A stretch of 64,000 nucleotides of DNA, from positions 448,001-512,000 of the forward strand of contig CAXXUA010000013.1 of the NCBI GenBank assembly GCA_963663765.2, written 5' to 3'. The number at the start of each line of letters is the position of its first letter. The stretch's first letter is position 1. The DNA is from Candidatus Poribacteria bacterium (GTDB taxonomy: Bacteria; Poribacteria; WGA-4E; WGA-3G). A program made the position numbers and the translations under genes. Below, one piece after another: positions 1 to 10,821 of this stretch. The notes beneath the pieces were generated by a model. That model saw only the letters and a list, made by a program, of their open reading frames with translations. It was not told the origin of the DNA and searched no databases.

Positions 1-125
1 TCCCAAAAGGCGTGATACTCAATTATGGATTTTCCGTCTTGAATTATATATTCCTTATCTTCCAATTTACCTCTTACGTTTCGATAGAGTTCCTCATCAT
101 CTTGCACGGGTTCTCTGCTATTCAT
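1..125 (-). CDS. Partial ORF running off the window edge (MNSREPVQDDEELYRNVRGK...YHAFW); possible ADP-ribosyltransferase-like toxin
   Basis: Hand-translated, not in the ORF track. ATG at 123-125 overlaps the stop of the 118..546 ORF. The N-terminal D.E.LYR...AF pattern suggests an ART-like fold (inference). Confidence 0.5.
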   Translation of the reverse strand, partial: MNSREPVQDDEELYRNVRGKLEDKEYIIQDGKSIIEYHAFW

Positions 126-546
126 CAATTAACCACTTCCAAAGCGGTAGATAATTTTCAGGTGTTAGAAAATCTACATCCATCTCTGTATCAATGTTCG
201 TCCCCCAAACTTTGAAGTACTCCGCTTCATGTTCCCCGATTTGAAGGTGTAATTGGCGTTCGTTTTGGTACCACACTGCGGTTACATAACCATATCCATC
301 GCTGGAGATTGAAGGCGTATCGCATTGATATCCTGAAGAAATAACTGAATCCAACATTGCATCTATTATCTTTTTCGCATGAATTAGGGTCAACTGAGTT
401 GGTTTTTGCGAACTACGTCCATCCCAGTTATATTCGCGTTGTGATAAGATGTCAAATTGTTCTGATATTTCAAGTTTTTGCTTTTCGGATTGGAACTTTT
501 GAATTTTGTGTTTATATTCAACAGTATTGTAATTTGCAATACGCAT
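118..546 (-). CDS. Hypothetical protein with NWDG...P.I..DG.G....W pattern; possible antitoxin partner
   Basis: 142-aa ORF coupled to the downstream ORF; the motif is recognised only as a recurring uncharacterised family. Confidence 0.55.
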   Translation of the reverse strand: MRIANYNTVEYKHKIQKFQSEKQKLEISEQFDILSQREYNWDGRSSQKPTQLTLIHAKKIIDAMLDSVISSGYQCDTPSISSDGYGYVTAVWYQNERQLHLQIGEHEAEYFKVWGTNIDTEMDVDFLTPENYLPLWKWLIDE

Positions 547-627
547 AATGTATATAGGCCTCTCGTAGACTTAGGCGCTATTTTAGCATATCACAGGCAA
601 ATATATCAAGAAATATTTATAAGTAAT

Positions 628-729
628 TTACAAATTGCTTGCAACTTTTATCCGATTTTGGGCACGGGTGAGTTCTGTTTCTGCGCGGGGACGATTCAGA
701 TCTGGTGTCTCTGCTGTAAGTTGTTCTTT
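628..729 (-). pseudogene. Displaced copy 1 of the atpC 3' end (KEQLTAETPDLNRPRAETELTRAQNRIKVASNL*)
   Basis: Aligns codon for codon with the AtpC C-terminus KQQLSADTPDLNQPQVEAALTRAQNRIKVASRP*; no start codon. Confidence 0.9.
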
Positions 730-808
730 TAGTGTGAACTTGGTTCTAAAGTCCACCCATTTATTGTAGCAAGCTCAGCAAATGCAATTTGTAGCAATTT
801 ATTATGAA
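729..808 (-). repeat. 80-bp repeat, copy 1; reads as a gene tail (HNKLLQIAFAELATINGWTLEPSSH*)
   Basis: Highly similar to 5643..5722; both copies lie next to an atpC-tail copy. Confidence 0.85.
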
Positions 809-1081
809 CAGGACTTACGCATTTTCTCTTAAAATCCCCTTGATAAGAAGGATTTTTACCAAATTAACCCGTTTTGTAGCGCGAGGTCGCTGGGGAATCA
901 TGGTGAATGCCAAAGGAGCATTCGTCAAAAGGCATTGGTCCCGTTGATTTGGTGCCTCGCAATGCTGACTTTATCAAAATAATAATAATCACGTTAATTT
1001 GGTATTAGGGGGTTAAAATCCTGAAATAACGACTTTTTAAGTCCAATATTCCCTTTTTCTGTTTAGTTTGCGTCCGTCCAG
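809..1081. mobile_element. MITE family A (CAGGACTTACGCA ends) containing a nested family B MITE at 857..1004
   Basis: Left end caggacttacgca; degenerate right end tgcgtccgtccag; internal taccaaattaac...gttaatttggta. Confidence 0.65.
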
Positions 1082-1656
1082 ATACTATTACTTTGCCTCT
1101 TTTGTTATAGTCTCTTCATCTTTCTGAACCACACTCTCATCAGAAAGACCATCCGATGTTGTTGACAATCCACGTGCGTGACCGCGAACTACACGCTTCA
1201 CGCAAAATAATGCTTACGAGACGCACGAGTCCCGCCTCCCGATCTCACGAAGCAAACACTCATAAGGTGTATCAACGGCATTCAGAACACACCGACGAGA
1301 CTCCCTAATACCAACGATAATACGAATCAACACTCGCACCCCCTTCTTCACATCCCAAACTCACAGAAGTGCGCCTAAGCAACACAGCCAGATCAGCAAT
1401 AACCTCTTGTTATAACCGTATCTAACCCCCCTTTTTCGCGAAGGTTTTTATTATAATTTTTTCCAAAAACACCAAATTATAATGCAATTAATACAACATA
1501 TTCTCAAGGATACCATATTTTCAATCCAAAACACAACATACCATCCTTAAATGTCTGTTCTGGCATTTGAAGGAACCTGTCCACTCTTTGAGTAATTTAG
1601 ATATATTAAGTACTGAAGTAAATAGGGCATCCATTACAGTACCCTTCTGCCAAAAA

Positions 1657-1837
1657 GGGTGTGAAAAGTTTTTGTAGAAACCCTGATATTAAAAGAAGTC
1701 TGTACAGTTTCTATCAAAGCTTGCCTGACGTTAGGAAACTGTGTACATTGTAAGGGCGAGGTTTCCTCGCCCGCGTAAAACTTCTGTTCGGACGGGAGAC
1801 CCCGCCCCTACGCACAGTACCAAAACTTTACACACCC
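1657..1837. mobile_element. MITE family C (GGGTGTG...CACACCC) with a 9-bp target duplication and an internal REP-like hairpin pair
   Basis: TGCCAAAAA at 1648-1656 and 1838-1846; internal gtaagggcgaggtttcctcgccc and ggacgggagaccccgcccctac. Confidence 0.8.
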
Positions 1838-1853
1838 TGCCAAAAATTCTCCC

Positions 1854-1883
1854 TTGACAAACCACCCTCTGGTCAAGTATAAT
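1854..1883 (+). promoter_or_regulatory. Sigma70-type promoter TTGACA-N18-TATAAT
   Basis: Consensus hexamers upstream of the 1920 remnant. Confidence 0.5.
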
Positions 1884-1919
1884 CAACAAAACACCTTTAG
1901 AGAAAACATACGACTGAGC

Positions 1920-2085
1920 ATGGTACAATATGACGAAATCGTGAAGCATTTGATGGACCCGGTTCGCCGATGAGTTCGCTATGCTATCCTTGAATACAAT
2001 CGATGTCAAAGTCTTAAAGACATTGGACACGGAACAGCAACATGTGAAGCAGCTTAACAATGATATGACATTTAAGCAGGAGTAA
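1920..2085 (+). pseudogene. Frameshifted N-terminal remnant of an Rpn/PD-(D/E)XK nuclease-like protein
   Basis: MVQYDEIVKHLMD/(fs)/FADEFAMLSLNTIDVKVLKTLDTEQQHVKQLNNDMTFK resembles Rpn-family N-termini. Confidence 0.5.
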
Positions 2086-2320
2086 TGTTGCACAACGCCT
2101 ATTTGAAAAAACAACTCCCGTTTCGGACTATGCTAATGGATTCTTGGTAGGCATCTATGAAAGTCATGAAAGCGATTGAAAACTTCCAAGCTGGAATATG
2201 TGCCCTTGAAGCGTAATCGTCTTGTTATTGATACGGACGGTGTTGAACCACACTAACAACTCTCAAATCCATCAGTAATCTTCAAAACTGTGTAAGTCCT
2301 GTTATAAAAAGGAATATACT

Positions 2321-3796
2321 ATGAACTACAGAATTCATTTTATCTGGAAGTTCTCCCAGATCACTATTATCGTTCTTTTCCTCTTTGGCACAATAAGCAC
2401 TGCACCTGCACAAACCACCCTCCCTGCCGAAGAAATTGCTGAAAAAGCGTTAGCAGCGACGGTATACCTGGAGATGAAGGATAAAAACGGCAAGACTTTG
2501 GGCATTGGCAGCGGGTTCTTTGTGAAACCCAACCTAATTGCTACCAACTACCATGTGATTGAAGGTGCTGCTAAAGGCACGGCAAAATTAGTTGGTAAGT
2601 CCACGATATACAAGATTGAAGGTGTTACGGCAACTGACAAGACAAACGACCTTGCACTTCTAAAGGTAACAGCATTCGGTATCAAAGTGCTTTCTCTCGG
2701 TGATAGTGATAAAGTTCGGATTGGTGAGACGGTTTACGTTGCTGGTAACCCAAAAGGTTTGGAAGGCACGTTTTCTGATGGGATTATCAGTAGCCGCCGG
2801 GATAAACTCACGAAGGAACGACTGCAGATGACTGCACCGATTTCTCCTGGGAGTAGTGGTGGACCTGTGTTGAATAAAAAAGGACAGGTTATTGGGGTGT
2901 CCTTTTCTGTACACCGCGCTTTGGATGCACAGAATCTCAATTTTGCTATACCTTCAAAATATCTTAAGAAACTGCTGGAGCAGGAGAAGCCTGCAAAACC
3001 TTTATCACAAGGAAAACGATCTATATCTGCTGAAACCTACTTCAGATGGGGCTATGAAAAATACAAGTCAGGTGACTATTATGGATCCATTGCAGATTAT
3101 ACCAGAGCAATCCAGTTAAAACCCAATGATGCAGTAATTTATTACAACCGTGGACTAGCAAAAGGCAAACTAAAACAACACTTTGCAGCAATTGTTGATT
3201 ATGATACCGCCATTCATCTAAAACCAGATTATGTTGATGCATATAATAATCGTGGACTTCTAAAAAGCAAACTGGGTCAACACTTCGCAGCTATCGCTGA
3301 TTTTGACATAGCACTCAGACTAAAACCTGACTATGCGTTAGCATATTATAATCGGGGACTTGAGAAGTACAATCTAGGTCAAAACTTAGCAGCTATAACA
3401 GATTTTGATATAGCACTTCGCTTAAAATTAGATTTTGCATCCGCTTATGTCAATCGAGGAAATGCAAAATCTAATTTAGGTCAAAATTTCGCAGCTATCG
3501 CTGATTTTGATATGGCACTCAGATTAAAACCTGATCATACTTTAGCATATTACAATCGAGCAAACGAGAAATACAAACTAGGTCAATATGGAGCCGCTAT
3601 AATAGATTACAACCAAACACTTCGCTTGAAACCAAATTTTATTGAAGCGTATATTAATCGAGGAATAATGAAATCTCTGCTGGGTCGTACGAGAGAAGCA
3701 AAACAGGATCTATTAACGGCGTTAAGACTTGCGGAAAAGGCGGGAGATACACGTCTTAAAATCAATATTAAGTTAATACTTAGAAAACTTGACTAA
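2321..3796 (+). CDS. Secreted trypsin-like serine protease with C-terminal TPR repeats
   Basis: Signal peptide; TNYHVI, DLALLK and ISPGSSGGP catalytic motifs; about 7 'AY.NRG' TPR repeats. Confidence 0.9.
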   Translation: MNYRIHFIWKFSQITIIVLFLFGTISTAPAQTTLPAEEIAEKALAATVYLEMKDKNGKTLGIGSGFFVKPNLIATNYHVIEGAAKGTAKLVGKSTIYKIEGVTATDKTNDLALLKVTAFGIKVLSLGDSDKVRIGETVYVAGNPKGLEGTFSDGIISSRRDKLTKERLQMTAPISPGSSGGPVLNKKGQVIGVSFSVHRALDAQNLNFAIPSKYLKKLLEQEKPAKPLSQGKRSISAETYFRWGYEKYKSGDYYGSIADYTRAIQLKPNDAVIYYNRGLAKGKLKQHFAAIVDYDTAIHLKPDYVDAYNNRGLLKSKLGQHFAAIADFDIALRLKPDYALAYYNRGLEKYNLGQNLAAITDFDIALRLKLDFASAYVNRGNAKSNLGQNFAAIADFDMALRLKPDHTLAYYNRANEKYKLGQYGAAIIDYNQTLRLKPNFIEAYINRGIMKSLLGRTREAKQDLLTALRLAEKAGDTRLKINIKLILRKLD

Positions 3797-3863
3797 CACA
3801 TCAAGCAAGTTTTCTAAGTATTAACAAAAGTCATAGTATCCTAAAATGTTTTTAACTTTAACA

Positions 3864-3892
3864 TTGCCAAACCTTCATTGTTGTGTTACAAT
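3864..3892 (+). promoter_or_regulatory. Putative promoter TTGCCA-N17-TACAAT for the TIR/macro operon
   Basis: Near-consensus hexamers with 17-bp spacing. Confidence 0.45.
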
Positions 3893-3928
3893 AATATTTA
3901 CAATAGATTCTTGATAAGCAGGTGAACT

Positions 3929-4432
3929 ATGGCTTACAAAAACAAAATCTACGTTAGTTTCGACGGTGACAATGATATTCACTACTATAGATTGATGAAG
4001 GCCTGGAAACAAAACGACAATTCAAACTTTAATTTTTATGATGCCCATGACCTAAACACCGCGCGTGATTCCAGTGAAGAAGAATCAATCAAGCGTCAAC
4101 TCCGAGTACGGTTTCAAAATAGCAAAACATTCGTTATTTTAATTGGTGAGAGTACACGCTACCTATATAAATTTGTGCGTTGGGAAATGGCGCAGGCATT
4201 GGCTTTAGATTTGCCTATAATCGGTGTAAACTTAAACGGTTTGAGATACCAGGATTCTGAAAGATGTCCACCCATTATCCGCGAAGAACTGGCAGTTTAC
4301 ATCAGTTATAACACCGCCATTTTACAACATGCCTTAGAGACTTGGCCGACGAATCATTCTTCTTTAAAGCTACAGAGGCAGTCAGGACCCTATTATTACA
4401 TGCAAAGTCACTATCAAACATTAGGTCTATGA
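3929..4432 (+). CDS. thsB: Thoeris ThsB-like TIR domain protein (MTH538/DUF1863 type)
   Basis: YVSFDGDND...IKRQLR.R...ILIGESTR...FVRWE motif including the catalytic Glu. Confidence 0.8.
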   Translation: MAYKNKIYVSFDGDNDIHYYRLMKAWKQNDNSNFNFYDAHDLNTARDSSEEESIKRQLRVRFQNSKTFVILIGESTRYLYKFVRWEMAQALALDLPIIGVNLNGLRYQDSERCPPIIREELAVYISYNTAILQHALETWPTNHSSLKLQRQSGPYYYMQSHYQTLGL

Positions 4433-5391
4433 AATTACCTGTTTTTCTTACAAAGCACTATTTAAAGTCCACACTAATTAAGCTTGGAAAAGTTTTCTTA
4501 GGTATTTTTGGTGCTATTTGGTTGCTAATTGAACCACTTTCCGATCGCTTACCTCAAGCACTAAAATGGGTTCCTGGTGGTAACCTGGCGATATTTTTCG
4601 TAAGTTTGGGAGCGGCATTACTTGCTGCCGTCATTTGGGTCTGGCGAGAATCCAAGGCTTTGCTATCGGTCACCCATGAGTTATATGGAACAGATGTTTC
4701 AATAGAAATTCGAGTTGATGATATATTTAAAATGAAAGGGGCATTTATCATTAGCACGAACACAACATTTGATACCAATATGTCATTTAACTCAAAAATA
4801 TCAGATTCTCACTTGATTTCCCATGAGAGTCTACAGGGACAGTTCACAAATAAATATTATGAAAATAGGGAAGCTCACCTGGACCTTGAAATAAAGGAAG
4901 CCTTAGAAGACGTGAAATCTACTGCAGTGGAAAATCCAATAGGGAAAGTTGAACGATACGAGATTGGAACCGTAGCAAAAGTACATCCCAAAAATCATCT
5001 CCATTCCGTTTATTTGCTCGCAATCGCTAACATAGATCAAAAAGGCAAAGCGTCTAGTACACCTGAAGATGTGTTAAAAAGTCTGACGAAACTTTGGCAG
5101 TTTATTAGTGCACAAGGGGGTTATGGTGACCTTGTTATCCCGGTATTAGGTACAGGCCGGGCGAGGATTCAAGTAAAAATAGAGCAAATGGTCATGGAAA
5201 TTATTAAGTCCTTCATTGCTGCATGTTCAGAGGAAAAATTCTGTAGAAAACTGACAGTCGTTATTTCCGAGAGAGACTATATTAACAACAGTATAAACTT
5301 GACCGAGTTAGGGAGGCATCTACACGTTCATGCGACAGAGCAACGTCTGCGGATACAAGAATCCAAAAAACCAATAGGTAAATCTATCTAA
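4429..5391 (+). CDS. thsA: Thoeris type II ThsA-like effector (two TM helices plus macro domain)
   Basis: ATGA overlap with the TIR gene; two hydrophobic segments, then DIF...NTTFDT...SLQGQF...IGTV...IPVLGTG macro-type motifs. Confidence 0.75.
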   Translation: MKLPVFLTKHYLKSTLIKLGKVFLGIFGAIWLLIEPLSDRLPQALKWVPGGNLAIFFVSLGAALLAAVIWVWRESKALLSVTHELYGTDVSIEIRVDDIFKMKGAFIISTNTTFDTNMSFNSKISDSHLISHESLQGQFTNKYYENREAHLDLEIKEALEDVKSTAVENPIGKVERYEIGTVAKVHPKNHLHSVYLLAIANIDQKGKASSTPEDVLKSLTKLWQFISAQGGYGDLVIPVLGTGRARIQVKIEQMVMEIIKSFIAACSEEKFCRKLTVVISERDYINNSINLTELGRHLHVHATEQRLRIQESKKPIGKSI

Positions 5392-5482
5392 CGGGTTTCA
5401 CGATCATATTCTCAAATTCTGGTTCAGACAAAGAAAAGAGAGCATTTGCAAAGCGCGATTACCTACCAATGGAAAAATAAAA

Positions 5483-5625
5483 TTACGAATTGCTCACAAC
5501 CTTAATACGATTTTGTGCTCGCGCAAAAGCCGCTTCTGCGCGCGGTTCAAATCTGGGGGCATCTCCGCAAGTCGTTATTGGGTACGTTCAAGTGCACTTT
5601 CGGCACGGGACACGTCAATATCCGA
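5483..5625 (-). pseudogene. Displaced copy 2 of the atpC 3' end (SDIDVSRAESALERTQ*RL...AFARAQNRIKVVSNS*)
   Basis: Aligns to atpC 6234..6380; contains an internal stop and a small frameshifting deletion. Confidence 0.9.
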
Positions 5626-5642
5626 AAAACGCTTGATGGCTA

Positions 5643-5722
5643 TTAGTGTGGGTTTGGTGCTAAAGTCCATCCATTTTTAGTAGCAAGCCCAGCAAGTGCG
5701 ATTTGTAGCAATTTATTATGAA
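5643..5722 (-). repeat. 80-bp repeat, copy 2 (HNKLLQIALAGLATKNGWTLAPNPH*)
   Basis: Similar to 729..808. Confidence 0.85.
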
Positions 5723-5789
5723 TTTCAAAATGCTAAAAATCTCGTTAATGGGACCCTGTTTATGGAATTGGTATAGCGTCCTCCAAAAT

Positions 5790-6044
5790 CTATTCAAAAA
5801 GTTCTGCCACTAGACATGAAAACCCCGGTACGACATCCTCACCTGTCAAAGTATCTTCATAGTTTAGCAGCGCAAAGTCTGTTTTGGAACGATAGACTAT
5901 AACCGTTTTCATATTCGGTTCAATAACCCAAACAAGCCGTGTCCCCGCCTTCAGATTTGCTAACGCTTTTTCGGTAACATCATAATGCTTATCTGTCGGA
6001 GAAACTATTTCAATAGCGAGGTCAGGGGCATCAGTGTAGCCTTT
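5790..6044 (-). pseudogene. C-terminal half of a Uma2/DUF820 restriction-like endonuclease
   Basis: APDLAIEIVSPTD...K...AGTRLVWVIEP...GEDVVPGFSCLVAELFE*; the 5' end is cut at the MITE. Confidence 0.8.
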
Positions 6045-6181
6045 TATAGTGAAATAAACAATTATTTTTACACGTTTTCTGTAGGAGCGATCTCCGAATC
6101 GCGACTGAACGTCTTGATAGTCGGGAATCGGAGTTCCCTCCTACAGCTGAAAGTGTAAAAATAATTCTAAAATCCACTATA
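6045..6181. mobile_element. MITE family D (TA-flanked TAGTG...CACTA) with an internal GTAG/CTAC REP-like pair
   Basis: Imperfect terminal inverted repeats including aattatttttacac/gtgtaaaaataatt; internal gtaggagcgatc...ttccctcctac. Confidence 0.7.
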
Positions 6182-6233
6182 ATTGAATTGTAAAAAATTC
6201 TCTATACACACATACTTGAGATGATGTAAGAAT

Positions 6234-6644
6234 TTATGGTCTGCTTGCAACTTTGATGCGATTTTGTGCGCGGGTGAGTGCAGCTTCAACTTGTGGTTGG
6301 TTCAGGTCAGGAGTGTCTGCGGAGAGTTGTTGTTTGGCGCGTTCAAGTGTACTTTCGGCACGTTCAACGTCAATATCCGATGCCCATTCAGCAGTTTCAA
6401 TTAATGCGGTGACACCGGTACGTAGTACTTCAAAGACCCCACCACTTGTTGCGATGGAACGTGGTGAGTCGGATGATTCGTTGACGCGGATTTCACCGAC
6501 AGCTAATGCTGTGAGGAAAGGAATGTGTCCTGCCAGTATCTGGAAGTTGCCTTCCACCCCGGGGGCGTTTACACTGACGACATCGCCTTCATAAATCAGT
6601 TTTTCTGGTGTGCGTATTTCAAGGTGAAAACTTCTGTTTTGCAT
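6234..6644 (-). CDS. atpC: ATP synthase epsilon subunit
   Basis: LEIRTPE, G.FQIL.GH.P and DIDVERA motifs; last gene of the operon. Confidence 0.97.
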   Translation of the reverse strand: MQNRSFHLEIRTPEKLIYEGDVVSVNAPGVEGNFQILAGHIPFLTALAVGEIRVNESSDSPRSIATSGGVFEVLRTGVTALIETAEWASDIDVERAESTLERAKQQLSADTPDLNQPQVEAALTRAQNRIKVASRP

Positions 6645-6736
6645 ATTTTCGTTCTATTTATAATAAAATCTGTAATTATTGACGCAACATTAATAGAGCG
6701 CTTTCAAAGCACGTCTACAAGAGATCTAATCTACGA

Positions 6737-8158
<1,422 letters not shown>

Positions 8159-8215
8159 TTATTTTGAGCAGTATTGATTTACAATCGCGCTGCAGACGAA
8201 TTGCGATTTGAGATT

Positions 8216-9094
8216 TTATCCTTCTAGTGCGGCTGCGCCACTGACTATTTCTGCGATTTCTGTTGTAATCTGTGTTTGACGTGCTCTGTTACGTTGTAAG
8301 ATTAATTCGTCAATGAGTTCTTTTGCCTTTTGTGTGGCGTTTTCCATTGCTGCCATGCGTGCTGCTTGTTCCGCAGCGTTTGAATCTAAGAGCACCTTCC
8401 ACATTTGCATGTTCAGATGTTTACCGAGAAGCATTTCAAAGAGTTCTACCTGTCCCGGTTCATAGATATAGTCTAAGAAAAGCGTATCACCTTCTGGTTC
8501 AATCGGTTTTAATGGCAGAAGCTGTTCAATTAGCACCGTTTGAAGGATAGCAGATTTGAAGTCGTTAAAGATCACCTCAACTTTGTCAACGATTTTGTCT
8601 GTGTAGAGGTGTTCAAACTCATGGACAACGTCAACAGCAATTTGGAATTCAAGTTGACGGAAGATATTGATATACGAATCGGTGATGTCGTATCCACGTC
8701 TACTAAAGTGTTCTTGTGTGCGTCTACCGATGCAGATAAGCGTCACGTCTGCTCCGCTGTCTTGGTAATGTTGTATCTGTTGAGTGGTTGTGCGGATGAC
8801 GTTGCTGTTGAAGCTGCCACATAACCCACGATCACCAGAAACGGAAATAATACAGACATGCTTTACTTCGCGTTCTTCAAGAAGTGGGTGGGTTATTGCT
8901 TCTTGTTCAATGTCCATCTGTGAGATTAGATGTCCGAGGATAGCGTTGAGTTTGTCGGCGTAAGGTCGCGTCGCCATGATATTTTCTTGAGCGCGGCGGA
9001 GTCTTGCTGCTGCAACAACACGCATAGCGTCAGTAACTTGTTCAATGTTTTTAATGCTTGTGATACGTCGCCGAATTTCTCGTAACGTTGCCAT
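8216..9094 (-). CDS. atpG: ATP synthase gamma subunit
   Basis: DRGLCG.FN motif; RQ..IT.EI.EIVSGA C-terminus. Confidence 0.98.
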   Translation of the reverse strand: MATLREIRRRITSIKNIEQVTDAMRVVAAARLRRAQENIMATRPYADKLNAILGHLISQMDIEQEAITHPLLEEREVKHVCIISVSGDRGLCGSFNSNVIRTTTQQIQHYQDSGADVTLICIGRRTQEHFSRRGYDITDSYINIFRQLEFQIAVDVVHEFEHLYTDKIVDKVEVIFNDFKSAILQTVLIEQLLPLKPIEPEGDTLFLDYIYEPGQVELFEMLLGKHLNMQMWKVLLDSNAAEQAARMAAMENATQKAKELIDELILQRNRARQTQITTEIAEIVSGAAALEG

Positions 9095-9096
9095 GA

Positions 9097-10734
9097 CTAT
9101 TCACCTTCTGTTAGTGTATCCTCTGTTTCTTCTGTAGCAGTTTCTTCTGTTGTTAATTCCTCTTGCGAAGTTTCTTCCACTGACACTTGTTCAGTTTGCG
9201 GTTGCTGTGCGGGTGTATCACTCCAATTTTCCTTAAATGCTTTGACAGCAGCGTGTAGTGCCTCAAGCGATTCGTCCTGGAGCAGTCCGGTTTCTGCGAT
9301 TTCAGAGAGGAGTTCTGCATGATTTCTGTCAAGGTATTGCAGGAATTCAGATTCAAACCGTGCAACTTCCGATTCAGGTACATCGTCTAAATATCCGTTT
9401 GTACCACAGAAGATAGAAGCGACTTCTCGTTCAACAGGCATCGGTTCGTATTGTGGCTGTTTCAGTAATTCCACAAGACGAGTGCCGCGTAGGAGCTGAG
9501 ATTGTGTTGAGGCATCCAGGTCCGAACCGAACTGTGCAAAAGCTGCGACTTCTCTGAAACTTGCGAGGTCAAGTTTTAGAGTGCCTGCAACCTCGTCCGA
9601 TTTCATGGCTTTTACCTGAGCGTCACCACCGACACGTGAAACGGATGTACCGACATCAATTGCGGGTCTCACACCTTGGTTAAATAGGTCAGTCGTTAAA
9701 TATATTTGTCCATCGGTGATAGAGATAACGTTTGTTGGGATGTAAGTTGTCAAGTCGCCTTCAAATATTTCAATAATCGGCAATGCGGTAAGTGAACCGC
9801 CACCCAGATCGTCACTGAGTTTTGCAGCACGTTCTAACAAACGTGAGTGTAGGTAGAACACATCACCGGGATATGCTTCACGACCCGGTGGTCTGCGTGA
9901 GAGCAGTGACATCTGCCGATAAGCCCATGCGTGTTTCGTTAGGTCATCATAGATGATGAGTGCGTGTTTGCCGTTATCTCGGTAGTATTCTGCCATTGAT
10001 GTGCCAGAATAAGGAGCAAGGTATTGAAGTGGTGATGGCGCGCTTGCGGGTGAGGACACGATGGTTGTATATTCCAATGCGTTGTGTTCGCGAAGGGTGC
10101 TCGCTACCTGTGCTAACGTAGACCCTTTTTGTCCGATAGCGACATAGATGCAGTAGACATCAGTGTTTCTTTGACTCAGAATAGCATCTATTGCGATTGC
10201 GGTTTTGCCTGTTCTGCGGTCACCGATAATGAGTTCCCGTTGTCCTCTACCGATTGGCGTTAAGCTGTCAATAGCTTTTAGTCCAGTGTAAAGCGGTTCG
10301 TTTACTGGCTGTCGTTGAACGATGCCTAACCCTTTTTGTTCTACGGGGAGTGTGTGTTCAGTTTCAATGTCTCCCAAGCCATCAATGGGATTTCCAAGTG
10401 CGTCCACGATACGTCCGAGTAGAGCATCACCGACAGGAACTTCTGCCAGTCTCCCTGTGCGTTTAACGGTATCGCCTTCATGTATAAGTTGGTCTTCACC
10501 GAACAGCACACAACCTACGTTGTCTTCTTCAAGGTTAAAAGCGATGCCGTAAATATCGTTTGGGAATTCGATCATTTCGCTTGCCATTGCGTTTGCAAGC
10601 CCATGCACCCGTGCGATTCCATCGCCAACTTCCAGCACAGTACCAGAGTCGTAGACATCTACGTCTTGTTCAAACTGTTGGAGTTGTTGTTTTAGTATAT
10701 TCGATATTTCGTCTGGTCGGACTTCTCTTGCCAT
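9097..10734 (-). CDS. atpA: ATP synthase alpha subunit with acidic C-terminal tail
   Basis: GDRRTGKT and [23 protein letters not shown] motifs. Confidence 0.99.
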   Translation of the reverse strand: MAREVRPDEISNILKQQLQQFEQDVDVYDSGTVLEVGDGIARVHGLANAMASEMIEFPNDIYGIAFNLEEDNVGCVLFGEDQLIHEGDTVKRTGRLAEVPVGDALLGRIVDALGNPIDGLGDIETEHTLPVEQKGLGIVQRQPVNEPLYTGLKAIDSLTPIGRGQRELIIGDRRTGKTAIAIDAILSQRNTDVYCIYVAIGQKGSTLAQVASTLREHNALEYTTIVSSPASAPSPLQYLAPYSGTSMAEYYRDNGKHALIIYDDLTKHAWAYRQMSLLSRRPPGREAYPGDVFYLHSRLLERAAKLSDDLGGGSLTALPIIEIFEGDLTTYIPTNVISITDGQIYLTTDLFNQGVRPAIDVGTSVSRVGGDAQVKAMKSDEVAGTLKLDLASFREVAAFAQFGSDLDASTQSQLLRGTRLVELLKQPQYEPMPVEREVASIFCGTNGYLDDVPESEVARFESEFLQYLDRNHAELLSEIAETGLLQDESLEALHAAVKAFKENWSDTPAQQPQTEQVSVEETSQEELTTEETATEETEDTLTEGE

Positions 10735-10821
10735 ATTCTCATTCCTCTATTGGGTCTGAATTGATTATCTTTATATGAAAAACGATCGAATTTCGTTGTA
10801 ATATTTTTAAAATAAATGATT

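Noticed and set aside
1731-2114. 127-aa minus-strand ORF
   Set aside because: It spans a MITE and the antisense strand of a remnant, with no protein-like motifs.
4342-4428. Longer start for the macro-domain gene given in the ORF track
   Set aside because: It overlaps the TIR gene by about 90 nt; the ATGA-coupled start at 4429 is more plausible.
628-6380. DGR template/variable repeat pair formed by the atpC copies
   Set aside because: Mismatches are not confined to adenines, indels are present, and no reverse transcriptase is in the window.
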